From: Terriglobia bacterium
Lineage (GTDB): Bacteria; Acidobacteriota; Terriglobia; 2-12-FULL-54-10
Reading direction: 5' to 3'
Assembly: GCA_963666975.2 (NCBI GenBank)
Contig: CAXVYR010000004.1
Location: 1,344,001 to 1,408,000, forward strand
Length of the DNA: 64,000 nt
In this document: piece after piece, positions 34,046 through 45,493 of the stretch
Position numbering within the stretch: the stretch's first letter is position 1
Layout of the letters: each line of letters opens with the position of its first letter
Position numbers and translations under genes: made by a program
Notes under the pieces: generated by a model
What the model was told of the DNA's origin: nothing
The model's database searches: none
The model's input: the letters and a program-made list of their open reading frames with translations, nothing else

Positions 34046-34858
34046 ATGAGCACAACAATTCTGGAACAGAAGGCGGAACAATTGGCCGGAAACTTGGTCG
34101 GCCTCGGTTCCACGCTGGTGGCCTATTCTGGCGGAGTGGATTCGGCCTACCTGGCCTGGGCGGCGCGGCAGGCGCTGGGCGACAATATGCTGGCCGTGCT
34201 GGCCGATTCGCCCAGCCTGGCCGGGTTCCAGAAAAAAGACGCCATCGAGTTCGCACGCAGCTTTGGGATTCCCCTGGAGCTGGTCCGCACCGAGGAGTTT
34301 CGCAATCCCGACTACTCGGCCAACGCCCCGGACCGTTGCTTTCACTGCAAAGAAGAGTTGTTTGAAAAGCTCGCGCAAATCGCCGGGCAGCGCGGTTTTG
34401 ATTCGATTGTCTACGGGGTGAACGCGGACGATACCGGCGATTTCCGCCCCGGACATCGCGCGGCGGCAGGGCATGGCGTGCGCAGTCCGCTGCTCGAAGC
34501 GGGACTCACCAAGGCGGAGATTCGGGAGCTGGCGCGGCAAGCCGGCCTGCCGGTTTGGGACCGCCCGGCCTCGGCCTGCCTTTCTTCCCGGATTCCTTAC
34601 GGAACTCCGGTGACGATTCAGAATATCAAGATGGTTGAAAACGGCGAGGACGAAATTCGGGCGCTCGGCTTCCGTCAGTTCCGCGTGCGGCATCACGGAG
34701 ACTTGGTGCGGATCGAGATCGCACCGGAGGAGTTGTCCAAGGCCCTTGATCCTCAGATGGCGCAGAGGTTCCGGGAGATCTTCAAGCGGCTGGGGTATAA
34801 GTACGTGACGCTCGATCTCGAAGGCTACCGCACCGGCTCGCTGAACGAAGTGCTGTAG
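34046..34858 (+). CDS. larE: ATP-dependent sacrificial sulfur transferase, LarE family
   Basis: AYSGGVDS PP-loop, RCFHCK, DFRPG, ACLSSRIPYG, GYRTGSLN. Confidence 0.88.
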   Translation: MSTTILEQKAEQLAGNLVGLGSTLVAYSGGVDSAYLAWAARQALGDNMLAVLADSPSLAGFQKKDAIEFARSFGIPLELVRTEEFRNPDYSANAPDRCFHCKEELFEKLAQIAGQRGFDSIVYGVNADDTGDFRPGHRAAAGHGVRSPLLEAGLTKAEIRELARQAGLPVWDRPASACLSSRIPYGTPVTIQNIKMVENGEDEIRALGFRQFRVRHHGDLVRIEIAPEELSKALDPQMAQRFREIFKRLGYKYVTLDLEGYRTGSLNEVL

Positions 34859-34881
34859 AAACGCAATCCCGTTAGCTGGTC

Positions 34882-35511
34882 ATGGCAAAGCAGACACCAA
34901 TTAGTGTGGCAGAAGTCATACACCGGTTGCGACTGTTCAATGAGAAAGCCGAGAAATTGAGCCGGTTGTCTTTCGCCAGCAAAGCTTTCTCTGAAGGTGC
35001 GGGCGCCACATTGCAATACATTTCTGAACATAGACGAGCGATGATCGAGAAGCGGGGTGCGGATAAGGAATCTACTGATGCCCTTGACCTGACTCTTCGT
35101 CTCTTTCTGCAACCACGAGATGGCATCCAGTTGGAACAAATCGAGAGCTTGTATCAACAGATGCCTTTGCCAGACGAAGACAAATACTGGGTTGCTGAGA
35201 ATCTAAAGGGTCTTCACGCTTTCCTAGAAAGCACAGGCACTCCTGAGATTCGTGTCGATGGCGAGAAGGTCACACATCGAGTGATTCTTGAGGCATTCCT
35301 GTACGGCGATCTAGCCCATGCAAACGAAGACAAAAGGAAGACCTGCGAAATTTGGAAGGCTTTACCAGCGGGTCTGCTCCTTGAGAGCACGTTTGAGTAT
35401 GTTGTTGGAGAATTGATGCGCTTCATGTTCTGGTTGGCAAGGATGAATGACGAAGCCATTCAATTTCTGGATCGCCTTTCAAATCCACAAAGTGCCCAAG
35501 AAGAAATGTGA
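34882..35511 (+). CDS. Hypothetical protein, lower GC, possibly HEPN-like
   Basis: 209-aa ORF with atypical codon usage; FLYGDLAHAN motif. Confidence 0.65.
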   Translation: MAKQTPISVAEVIHRLRLFNEKAEKLSRLSFASKAFSEGAGATLQYISEHRRAMIEKRGADKESTDALDLTLRLFLQPRDGIQLEQIESLYQQMPLPDEDKYWVAENLKGLHAFLESTGTPEIRVDGEKVTHRVILEAFLYGDLAHANEDKRKTCEIWKALPAGLLLESTFEYVVGELMRFMFWLARMNDEAIQFLDRLSNPQSAQEEM

Positions 35512-35564
35512 AAAGTAAGGCCTGTTTCGCGTGCGGGTTGGAGATTCCTCCTTCCGGCGGCGGG

Positions 35565-35814
35565 CTATCCTCTATAGATATCCTTCCGGTGACCGACGGC
35601 CAAGACGACAATTGTGCTCTCGGTCAGATCAAAGACGATTCGATAGTCGCCTACACGAAACCGGTATTGGCCGATCGGAGGATCGAATAATTTCACAGCG
35701 TGCCGCAATGGATCACGGGCGTAGAGGCGGAGCTTTGCTTCCAGCCGGGTTTTGAATCTTCTGTGGGAGCTTCTTCCAGTCTCGCCATGCGGCCGGAGTA
35801 AAGGCGATTTCCAT
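35565..35814 (-). pseudogene. RelE/ParE-family toxin with a +1 frameshift at about 35747-35753
   Basis: MEIAFTPAAWRDWKKLPQKIQ / TRLEAKL...YRFRVGDYRIVF...VLAVGHRKDIYRG*; span 250 nt (83 codons + 1). Confidence 0.85.
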
Positions 35815-35817
35815 CGG

Positions 35818-36021
35818 TTAGCGAAAAGGATGAATCAGCTTGCCGCTCGCTGCGTCCTTCCTTCCTTTCCGAACTTTACGCAGGAATTTCGGTGAGGCGA
35901 GGGCCTCTTGATCCTCAAGATAGTCCTCAAATTGCCGCCACAGCTTTAATGGCACCACCACGACCGGCTCTTTGCCGATGTGGAGAGTCGTTGATTTTTC
36001 GACGATGGTCACTCGGTTCAT
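35818..36021 (-). CDS. Putative antitoxin of the relE pseudogene
   Basis: EDYLEDQEALASPKFLRKVRKGRKD; directly upstream of relE; extended -10 TGGTATTAT 9 nt before the ATG. Confidence 0.75.
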   Translation of the reverse strand: MNRVTIVEKSTTLHIGKEPVVVVPLKLWRQFEDYLEDQEALASPKFLRKVRKGRKDAASGKLIHPFR

Positions 36022-36068
36022 GGCACATCAATAATACCAGAATATTAGCAGACGCGAGAAATAGCCCT

Positions 36069-37001
36069 TTAGCTCGCGGCGGCCAGAACCTCCCGGCCTG
36101 CCTGTACAGTTCCCACATGTATAGCCACCGTATCGGCCACGCGCGCGGCGTAGCCCCCGGCGAGCGTCGCCGCCACGGGAATGTTCTTCTCGCGGGCCAT
36201 CTGAAAAACCATTCGGTCCCGCTCCCGCAGCCCTGCCAGAGTGAGCGAAAGCCCGCCCAACTGGTCCTCGCAGTAAGGGTCTGCTCCCGCCAGGTAGAAG
36301 ATCAACTCGGGTTGAAAATCCGATAGCGCGCGCTGGAGATTCTGCCGCAGCAGGCGGAGGTACTCCTCATCTCCGCATCCGTCGCGCAGCAGAGGTACTC
36401 CTCACATCGGAGAGACATGACTGCCCGGCGGTTTCTCGAACGGGTAGTTGCTCTCCTGGTGCATGGAGAAGGTGAAGACCGACTCGTCGCGCGTGAAGAT
36501 GGCGGCGGTGCCGTTGCCGTGGTGCACGTCGAGATCGACGGTCATTGCTTTCCCGATCGCTTCTTCAGCCTGGAGCTTGCGTATGGCGATGGCCACGTCG
36601 TGGATTACGCAGAAGCCTTCGCCGTGGCTCGGAAAGGCATGGTGGAAGCCGCCGCCGAGGTTCACCGCAATCCCGTCGGCTAACGCCTGCCGGCCCGCCA
36701 GCGTGGAACCTCCGGCGCAGAGCCACACGGCCCGGATCATCTCCGGCGAGTAGGGAATCTCCATGCGTGCGATCTCCAACTCCGAGAGCGTGCCGGTCTT
36801 CAGCTTGCGCACGTACTCCGCCGAGTGGACTAGCAGCACATCCCGGTCCTGGACCGCCTCCGGTTCCAGAAAATCCGCCTCGCTCGCCAGCTTTTTTTCG
36901 AGCAACGCTTGCCGGACCCGTTTATATTTAACGGCGGGGAAGATGTGCTGCCCCAGATTTAGATCGTATCGGTCCGAATAGATCAGTTTCAGTGGCGGCA
37001 T
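36069..37001 (-). pseudogene. Histone deacetylase-family protein interrupted by an in-frame TGA at 36402-36404
   Basis: GGGFHHA, GEGFC, DLDVHHGNGT before the stop; YLAGAD and TLAGGY after it in the same frame. Confidence 0.85.
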
Positions 37002-37087
37002 GGGGGAGCCGATTGTAGCATGTGTGATCTGGAGCTTTTCGTGATAGGAATGAGGCGAGGGGTTTGGTATCATAGGGCTTCCCTCCC

Positions 37088-37336
37088 ATGAAAGCCAACG
37101 TTTATGTCAGCCTGAAAAAGACGGTGTTCGACCCCCAGGGAGAAACCATCCGTTCCGCCCTGCGCAGTTTCGGCTTCACTGGCGTGGAAGCGGTGAGGCA
37201 GGGGAAGCATTTCCAGCTTCAACTGGCCGACGGCCTCAGCCCCGAACAGGCACGGGAGCAGGTGGAGCGCATCGCCAGGGAGGTCCTCACCAATCCGGTG
37301 ATCGAGGAGTTCAGCTACCGGCTGGAAGAAGAATAG
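37088..37336 (+). CDS. purS: FGAM synthase subunit PurS
   Basis: VSLKKTVFDPQG, VRQGKHF, LTNPVIE. Confidence 0.95.
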   Translation: MKANVYVSLKKTVFDPQGETIRSALRSFGFTGVEAVRQGKHFQLQLADGLSPEQAREQVERIAREVLTNPVIEEFSYRLEEE

Positions 37337-37416
37337 GGGAGAAAACCCGGGCGGCAGGCCCTCCTGAATGAAAGCGCCGGAGGGCAGACTTACGGCAGAA
37401 GGGGTGAAGAAAAGAA

Positions 37417-39297
<1,881 letters not shown>

Positions 39298-39378
39298 GCA
39301 TTTCCGAGCAACGATCCTGCAAGCGGGGAGAGCAGGTAATGCTTGACGCCGTGGCTTTCCTCACTCAATACTGTAGCC

Positions 39379-39651
39379 ATGCCGATCCGCTACGTTCTCA
39401 GTGAATACTTAGAAAGGGCGATTGCCCAGGCGGACTTTGACAAGCTTGAGGACGGAACTTTCACCGGCCGCATTCCGGGGTGTAAGGGTGTGATTGCCTT
39501 CGGAACCACGCTGGGCGAATGCGCCAGCGAGTTGCGCTCCACACTGGAGGATTGGGTGATCGTCGGTTTGAAGCTCGGGCATCCCCTGCCGGTCATCGAG
39601 GGTATCGACCTCAACAAGGAACCCACGCATGAGCCGGTGGACTCCCTGTAA
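39379..39651 (+). CDS. hicB: HicB-family antitoxin
   Basis: DKLEDGTFTGRIPGCKGVIAFG.TL.EC..ELRSTLEDW...GLKLGHPLP. Confidence 0.85.
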   Translation: MPIRYVLSEYLERAIAQADFDKLEDGTFTGRIPGCKGVIAFGTTLGECASELRSTLEDWVIVGLKLGHPLPVIEGIDLNKEPTHEPVDSL

Positions 39652-39712
39652 GCGAGTGGAAGCCATCATTGATTCTGAGATCACGCTGGACTTTTGGAAC
39701 CGGCTGGCCTGA
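39629..39712 (+). pseudogene. HicA-like toxin with an in-frame internal deletion
   Basis: MSRWTPCKR|VEAIIDSEITLDFWNRLA*: HicA-like N- and C-termini are joined and the catalytic-His core is missing. Confidence 0.7.
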
Positions 39713-39715
39713 CCC

Positions 39716-39742
39716 CTGGCTAAGAGCGTAACGGTCGAGTAA
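39716..39742 (+). pseudogene. Duplicated 3' end of glmS (LAKSVTVE*)
   Basis: CTGGCTAAGAGCGTAACGGTCGAGTAA versus CTGGCCAAGAGCGTCACCGTCGAGTAG (39271-39297). Confidence 0.9.
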
Positions 39743-39761
39743 GTGTGTAGAATTGGCCGTT

Positions 39762-39850
39762 TCCGAGCCGCGACCGTGAGGGAGCGGTCAACCAAGCTTT
39801 ACTTGCTCACCCAGCGTTCGGAAACCGCTTGCTTACGCGCGCGGCTCTGA
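39762..39850. repeat. Inverted pair of family-A REPs
   Basis: TCCGAGCCGCGACCGTGAGGGAGCGG ... CCGCTTGCTTACGCGCGCGGCTCTGA. Confidence 0.8.
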
Positions 39851-39880
39851 CTATACAAGAACTGTGAAAGTACTCTAAAA

Positions 39881-40471
39881 ATGCAAAACCGCGAACGTTT
39901 GAAGGAAATCCTCTGCCAAAAGTCGATCCGCAAAGGGGGTACTTTTACCCTCGCTTCTGGGAAGAAGAGCGACTACTACGCCGACGTCAAGCTGACGACG
40001 CTCGACCCGGAAGGCTCCCTTCTCGCGGGGATGGCGGTCTTGGAGGTCTGCAAAACGCTCGCTCCTTATCCGAAAGCGATCGGAGGATTGTCGATGGGGG
40101 CCGATCCCATCGTGCCCGTGGTGGCTGCGCTGAGCCACCAACAAGGCGGCCCGCCGGTGGCTGGTTTTCTGGTCCGCAAAGAGCCGAAGAAACACGGCAC
40201 ACGAAAATATCTGGAAGGCTACCAGGGTCAGGCGGGCGATCCGGTGGTGATTGTCGATGACGTCTGCACCACCGGCGGGTCAACGCTGAAGGCCATCGAG
40301 CAAGCGCGCGAGGCCGGCTTTCAGGTGATCGCGGCTGTTTGTATCGTGGACCGGGAAGAGGGAGGCAGAGAAAACATCGAGAAGCATTGTCCCTTTCATG
40401 CCCTCTTTACCGCCCGCGAGCTGTTGGCGACGCTGGAAATGGAACACTCCTCTGGCCGGATTATCCCTTGA
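39881..40471 (+). CDS. pyrE: Orotate phosphoribosyltransferase
   Basis: FTLASGKKSDYY, VRKEPKKHG, IVDDVCTTGGS. Confidence 0.95.
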   Translation: MQNRERLKEILCQKSIRKGGTFTLASGKKSDYYADVKLTTLDPEGSLLAGMAVLEVCKTLAPYPKAIGGLSMGADPIVPVVAALSHQQGGPPVAGFLVRKEPKKHGTRKYLEGYQGQAGDPVVIVDDVCTTGGSTLKAIEQAREAGFQVIAAVCIVDREEGGRENIEKHCPFHALFTARELLATLEMEHSSGRIIP

Positions 40472-40508
40472 ATCTTCTCAGGAAGTGCTGAGAATAAAGT
40501 AGCTTCAT
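40461..40508 (-). pseudogene. N-terminal stub of a RelE/YafQ-like toxin
   Basis: ATGA-coupled to the AbrB gene; MKLLYSQHFLRRFKG*. Confidence 0.55.
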
Positions 40509-40792
40509 CGCCCGGCACGGTTCAATTTCTTTGCCCGGCGGAGCTTCTTCACGTTGCGGTGGAGTGAAGCAATCATCTCCTCGGCGGTGTCAAAAGGACC
40601 GTAAACACGGCCTTTCTTGTAGTCCTCCAGACTTTCAGCGATTCCTCGATCAATAATAGCCTTGGGTACGAAGGTCAGCTTCCCCCGCTCGACCTTGGCC
40701 TCCAGCAGATCGCCGACTTTGATTCCCGCCTGCTTGCGCACCTTGGCGGGGATGACAATCTGGTATTTGTTTTTGACCGAGACAAGAGGCAT
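40505..40792 (-). CDS. AbrB/MazE-family antitoxin
   Basis: VKNKYQIVIPAKVRKQAGIKVGD; C-terminal KKGRVYGPFDTAEEMIASL. Confidence 0.85.
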   Translation of the reverse strand: MPLVSVKNKYQIVIPAKVRKQAGIKVGDLLEAKVERGKLTFVPKAIIDRGIAESLEDYKKGRVYGPFDTAEEMIASLHRNVKKLRRAKKLNRAGR

Positions 40793-40818
40793 AAAGGTAT
40801 ACTCCCAGTTGGTTGGAC

Positions 40819-40843
40819 AGATGAATAGTTCAACAGTTCATCT
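40819..40843. promoter_or_regulatory. Putative autoregulatory operator
   Basis: Inverted repeat AGATGAA-11 nt-TTCATCT upstream of the AbrB gene. Confidence 0.5.
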
Positions 40844-40910
40844 TTCTAACACAAGCTTACCGGGCTGTATGGGACCTGTCAAGCAGACTAGGCTTTGACG
40901 CTCTCCCCCC

Positions 40911-42302
40911 TCACGGCTTCTTCTCGACCAACCCCGGAATGGGCACGGGCAGCGTCTCGATGTTCTGCTCCATGGCCTGAATCAGCGCGGCCTTCACAAC
41001 AGGCCGGTGGCGAAGGAAGACCAGCGCGGCGGCGATGCAGACCGCGCCCCCCATCGCCACCGTGAACGGAGCCCCCATCTGATCGGCGAGCCATCCCGCC
41101 ATCAGGCTGCCGAACGGCGTCATCCCCATGAACATCATTCCGTAGAAGCCCACCACGCGGCCGCGCAGAGCGTCCGGCGCAATGGTTTGAAGCGTGGTAT
41201 TGGTCGCGGCCATCTGCACCGTCATGCCGAATCCCGCCGGCACCAGGAAAAGGGCGGAAAGATAGAAGTTCCGGGAGAAAGAAAACAGGATCAAGGCCAC
41301 GGCGTAGCTAAGCGTCGCGGCTGTAATCATGCGGCTGAGTCCCCGCATGCCCGGCCGGGCCGCCATGTAGATGGAACCCAGGATAGCGCCCACGCCCATG
41401 GAACTCATCAGAATGCCCAGCGCTCTGGGTCCTCCGTGCAGAACGCTTTCGGCGAACACCGGCATGAGGATCAGGATGGGATAGTTCATGATGCTCGCCA
41501 CTCCCAGCAGCAGCAGCAGCGCGCGCGAGGGGGCGTGATGGCGGATATAGTTCCAACCCTCTTGGAAGTGCTCAAACGGAGAGGGGTGCGGCTCGCTCGG
41601 CGGGGGCGGGGGCAGGCGCATCATCATCAGGCCGATAATCACGCTCAGAAACGTGAAGCCGTTCAGCAGAAAGCAATAGCCTTCGCCGATGGCGGCCAGC
41701 AGCACGCCGGCTACGGCCGGTCCCAGGATGCGTCCGCTGTTATAGACGCTGGAGTTCAGGCCGATGGCGTTCATCAGGTCCTCTTTGCCGACCATCTCCA
41801 CCAGGAAGGACTGCCGCGCGGTCATGTCAAAGACGCTGACCACGCCCAGGAGCAAAGCCAAACAGAAGATGTGCCAGACCTCCACCGCCCCGGCCAGGGT
41901 CAGTCCGGCCAGCAGGAAGGCCTGGAGCATCGCCAGGATCTGCGTCACGGTAATCAGCCGCCGACGGTTGACCCGGTCGGCCACCACGCCCGCCACGGGA
42001 GACAGCAGCAAGAAGGGAATCTGGTTGGCGAAACCTACCAGTCCCAGCATGACCGGGGAGCCGGAAAGCCGGTAGACCAGCCAGCTTTGCGTCACCATCT
42101 GTACCCATGTGCCGGTCAGGCTCAGCAACTGTCCGCCAATAAACAAGCGGAAATTGCGATGCCGCAGGGCGCGCGTGACCCCCCCCCATCTCGACGACAA
42201 AGGCTGCTTGGGCTTGCTGCCGGTTGTCTGTTGTGGAGCGTCCAAAAACTTGCTTCTCCGCTGTTTGGTTGTTCGGATGTCCGATCCGGACAATCGAATC
42301 AA
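40911..42302 (-). CDS. MFS transporter (MFS_3-like); start uncertain
   Basis: ALRHRNFRLF..GQ..S..GTW.Q, GVVADRVNRRR, PDALRGRV. Confidence 0.88.
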   Translation of the reverse strand: MIRLSGSDIRTTKQRRSKFLDAPQQTTGSKPKQPLSSRWGGVTRALRHRNFRLFIGGQLLSLTGTWVQMVTQSWLVYRLSGSPVMLGLVGFANQIPFLLLSPVAGVVADRVNRRRLITVTQILAMLQAFLLAGLTLAGAVEVWHIFCLALLLGVVSVFDMTARQSFLVEMVGKEDLMNAIGLNSSVYNSGRILGPAVAGVLLAAIGEGYCFLLNGFTFLSVIIGLMMMRLPPPPPSEPHPSPFEHFQEGWNYIRHHAPSRALLLLLGVASIMNYPILILMPVFAESVLHGGPRALGILMSSMGVGAILGSIYMAARPGMRGLSRMITAATLSYAVALILFSFSRNFYLSALFLVPAGFGMTVQMAATNTTLQTIAPDALRGRVVGFYGMMFMGMTPFGSLMAGWLADQMGAPFTVAMGGAVCIAAALVFLRHRPVVKAALIQAMEQNIETLPVPIPGLVEKKP

Positions 42303-42426
42303 CCATTATAGCTGCCGAACCGAAGCTGGCTGCATACAGACTGCGCGAGCAACTCAAAACCGACTGCGCGGTGCTATGCTAAAGTGAAATTGCCAAGAAG
42401 AGAGAAGCGAAAGAGGTAGAAAACCG

Positions 42427-43956
42427 ATGCCAGTGCGCGTGCGCTTTGCTCCCAGCCCAACCGGAGAACTGCATGTGGGAAACGCCCGCACCGCTCTGTT
42501 CAACTGGCTGTTCGCGCGCCGGAACCGGGGCGTGTTCGTTTTGCGGATAGAGGACACGGATGTGGAGCGCTCCGAGGCGCGATACGAAGGGCAGTTGATG
42601 GAGGATCTGAAGTGGCTGGGCCTCGACTGGGAGGAGGGGCCGGATTGCGTCGGAGACTGCGGACCTTACCGGCAGTCGGAGCGGCTGGGGCTCTACCAGC
42701 ATTACGCTCAGGAACTGATCGCCGCCGGAAGCGCCTACTATTGTTTCTGTTCACCGGAGGATCTGAACAAAGAGCGCCTGGAGGCGCAGGCGGCGGGCAG
42801 CCAGCCGAAGTACTCCGGAAAGTGCCGGGTGATTCCTCCTGCTGAGGCAATCTCGCGAAAGAAAGCCGGCGAGACGGCCTCCGTGCGGCTGCGCATACCC
42901 GACGAGCCGCTTCGATTTGACGACTTGGTCGGCGGTATGGTGGAGTTTTCCCCGGATGTGATTGGCGATCCCATCCTGCTGCGCTCCAGCGGCACTGCCG
43001 CCTACAACTACGCCGTGGTGATTGATGACGGCCTGATGCAAATCTCTCATGTCATTCGGGGCGACGACCATATTTCCAACACGCCTCGCCAGGTGGCCGT
43101 CTACCAGGCCCTGGCCCGCCTGCCGTCGCCGGCCACCGACGGCTGCGACTGGCGGCTGCCACAGTTCGCTCATCTATCGACCATCCTGGGGCCGGACCAT
43201 ACGCGGCTCAGCAAACGGCACGGCGTCACCTCGCTGGCGCACTTCCGGGAGAGGGGAGTTCTTCCGGAAGCGCTGGCCAACTACCTGGCGCTGCTGGGAT
43301 GGGCGCCGAGCGGAGGGGACCGGGAGATCTTCAGCCTCCCGGAGCTGGTCGAGGCTTTCAGCCTGGAGCAAGTCTCGCGTAGCCCGGCGATCTTTGATTC
43401 CGTCAAGCTCCATTGGATGAACCGCCACTACCTGAAGCAGAGCGATCCCGAGCGGGTTCTCGATCTGGCGATCCCTATTTTCCGCGCCGTCGGGCAGATC
43501 GGCGAGTCACCCGGTGAAGACTTGCGGCAGTGGTTGCGGGAGGTGGTGGACCTGTTGCTGCCTGCTGTGGACGACCTCAGCCAGCTTCCCGAACAGGCTG
43601 GGGTAATATTTAACTATGACGCCGCAGCCAGTATCGCGAACGAGGAGAATCAGCAGGTGCTGGCGGAACCCAGCGCACGCCAGGTGATTGAGGGGTTTGC
43701 GAAGCTGGCGCAGCAGGACGGAGAACTCACCGTAGAGCGGTTCCGAGCCGTGCTCGACCAAGTGAAGAAAACAACCCGGCAGAAGGGGAAGAGCTTGTTC
43801 CACCCGGTTCGCATCGCGCTCACCGGCTCGCCCTCCGGCCGCCAACTGGACCGGCTGGTTCCGCTGCTCGAAGCGGGCAGCCGGCTGAAGTTGCCCACGC
43901 CGGTGAAGAGCTGCCGCCAGCGTCTGATGGAGTTCCAGCAGGCGTGGCAGAGATAG
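42427..43956 (+). CDS. gltX: Glutamate--tRNA ligase
   Basis: RFAPSPTG.LHVGN, LRIEDTD, HVIRGDDH, RLSKR. Confidence 0.96.
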   Translation: MPVRVRFAPSPTGELHVGNARTALFNWLFARRNRGVFVLRIEDTDVERSEARYEGQLMEDLKWLGLDWEEGPDCVGDCGPYRQSERLGLYQHYAQELIAAGSAYYCFCSPEDLNKERLEAQAAGSQPKYSGKCRVIPPAEAISRKKAGETASVRLRIPDEPLRFDDLVGGMVEFSPDVIGDPILLRSSGTAAYNYAVVIDDGLMQISHVIRGDDHISNTPRQVAVYQALARLPSPATDGCDWRLPQFAHLSTILGPDHTRLSKRHGVTSLAHFRERGVLPEALANYLALLGWAPSGGDREIFSLPELVEAFSLEQVSRSPAIFDSVKLHWMNRHYLKQSDPERVLDLAIPIFRAVGQIGESPGEDLRQWLREVVDLLLPAVDDLSQLPEQAGVIFNYDAAASIANEENQQVLAEPSARQVIEGFAKLAQQDGELTVERFRAVLDQVKKTTRQKGKSLFHPVRIALTGSPSGRQLDRLVPLLEAGSRLKLPTPVKSCRQRLMEFQQAWQR

Positions 43957-44017
43957 CGCGCGCCGAGCCAAGACGAAAGCCGGGCGCCAATAGCGAATTA
44001 TTGATCGATAAATCATA

Positions 44018-44776
44018 ATGAATCAGTCATTGGATACCATCTGGGGCATCCACGCCGTCCGGGAAGCGATCCAGAGCCGGAAGCGGCCCATCGAGCACGT
44101 GCATTTTCAGGAAGGCTTGCGCAACTCGCGCTTGCTGGAATTAGTCCGGGACTGCCGCTCGCGCGGCATTTCTCTGCGGTTCGATCCTGTTCGCGCGCTC
44201 GACCGGCTGGCTCAAGGCGGGCGCCATCAAGGCGTGGTCGCCGTCGCGGGAGCCTACGGATACGTGAGTCTTGAGAGTCTTCTGGAGCCGGAGCCTTCGA
44301 ACGCGCTGCTGTTGCTGCTCGACGGCGTCGAAGACACGCACAACCTGGGGGCGCTGATCCGCACGGCCTGCGTCGCCGGGGCCGACGCCGTGGTGCTGCC
44401 GGAAAGGCGGTCGGCGGGCCTGACCCCGGCGGTGGCCCAGGCGGCGAGCGGAGCGGTCGAGCACGTGCCGGTCGCCCGGGTCGGCAATCTGTCGCGGGCA
44501 GTCGAGACCTTGAAGGAGCACTCCTTCTGGGTCTTTGGCCTGGATGAACGCGGCGATAAGAATTATCACCAAGTGGACTATCGCGGCAACTGCGCCCTGC
44601 TGGTGGGAGGCGAGGGGAAAGGTCTGCACCAGTTGCTGCAGAAGCAGTGCGACTTTCTGGTCCGCATCCCTGCCGAGGGGAAGATTTCCACGCTCAACGT
44701 CAGCGTCGCCGCCGGGATTGTGTTGTTCGAGGCCACACGGCAGCGGAGGAGTGCACATCGTGGAAAGGAATTGTAG
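44018..44776 (+). CDS. rlmB: 23S rRNA Gm2251 methyltransferase
   Basis: GIHAVREA, HQGVVA, DTHNLGALIRTA, GGEGKGL, LNVSVA. Confidence 0.92.
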   Translation: MNQSLDTIWGIHAVREAIQSRKRPIEHVHFQEGLRNSRLLELVRDCRSRGISLRFDPVRALDRLAQGGRHQGVVAVAGAYGYVSLESLLEPEPSNALLLLLDGVEDTHNLGALIRTACVAGADAVVLPERRSAGLTPAVAQAASGAVEHVPVARVGNLSRAVETLKEHSFWVFGLDERGDKNYHQVDYRGNCALLVGGEGKGLHQLLQKQCDFLVRIPAEGKISTLNVSVAAGIVLFEATRQRRSAHRGKEL

Positions 44777-44829
44777 TGCAAAGTTCAAAACGCGAGTTGA
44801 ACTGATGCTAGAATCAACACGGTTTTCCA

Positions 44830-45480
44830 ATGACGGTGCCCAACCCGACGCCGATCTATCGCCTCATCCATGTAGACAGTCTCCACATCTGTCTCAGGCG
44901 TAGTGGATTGCATGCACCGAATCATACGTCTGATGACGGATTAGTTTACAAAACGATCCATAATGTAGATATTCAGGCAGCGCGTCGGGTCACGTATATA
45001 CCATGTGGACCGCAGGGCGTTATCCATGATTATGTTTCTTTCTACTTTGGATACCTCTCCCCCATGCTTCTTCAGCTTAAAACGGAACGCGTGCCTGGCT
45101 ACAACGAAGGTCAGGAGCCTTTGATTTATCTGATTTCCACTGCGCAAGCGGTCCGTGACGCAGAGGTAAACTTCGTGTTCTCGGACGGACACGGCATCGC
45201 GGCCTTCACGGATTGGTATGACGACTTGGCGGATCTCGATAAAGTGGACTGGGACATGGTTTATCAACGATACTGGCCGGACACCGTGGACGACATGGAC
45301 CGCAAGCGCCGCAAGCAAGCTGAGTTCCTGGTGTACAGGTTCTGTGACTGGCGGGTGATCCATGAAATTGGAGTCTTGAATGATAGGATGAGGAGAGTCG
45401 TCGAAGATATCATGAGCCAGTTTTCAAGCGATTTACAACGGGTGGTCCGCGTAAAACCAGATTGGTATTATTATTCATAA
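44830..45480 (+). CDS. darT: DarT DNA ADP-ribosyltransferase toxin (DUF4433)
   Basis: IYRLIH, DYVSFYF..SPML, FVFSDGH, KQAEFLV catalytic Glu; lower GC. Confidence 0.9.
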   Translation: MTVPNPTPIYRLIHVDSLHICLRRSGLHAPNHTSDDGLVYKTIHNVDIQAARRVTYIPCGPQGVIHDYVSFYFGYLSPMLLQLKTERVPGYNEGQEPLIYLISTAQAVRDAEVNFVFSDGHGIAAFTDWYDDLADLDKVDWDMVYQRYWPDTVDDMDRKRRKQAEFLVYRFCDWRVIHEIGVLNDRMRRVVEDIMSQFSSDLQRVVRVKPDWYYYS

Positions 45481-45493
45481 GCGGAGATACTCC

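Noticed and set aside
35747-35753. Programmed frameshift in relE at AAAACCC
   Set aside because: Restoring the frame needs +1, not the -1 typical of slippery heptamers; mutation or sequencing error is simpler.
37337-37416. glmS ribozyme
   Set aside because: The spacer is only 80 nt and lacks the conserved core.
39298-39880. Tn7 insertion downstream of glmS
   Set aside because: No tns genes and no recognisable TGT...ACA ends with TnsB sites.
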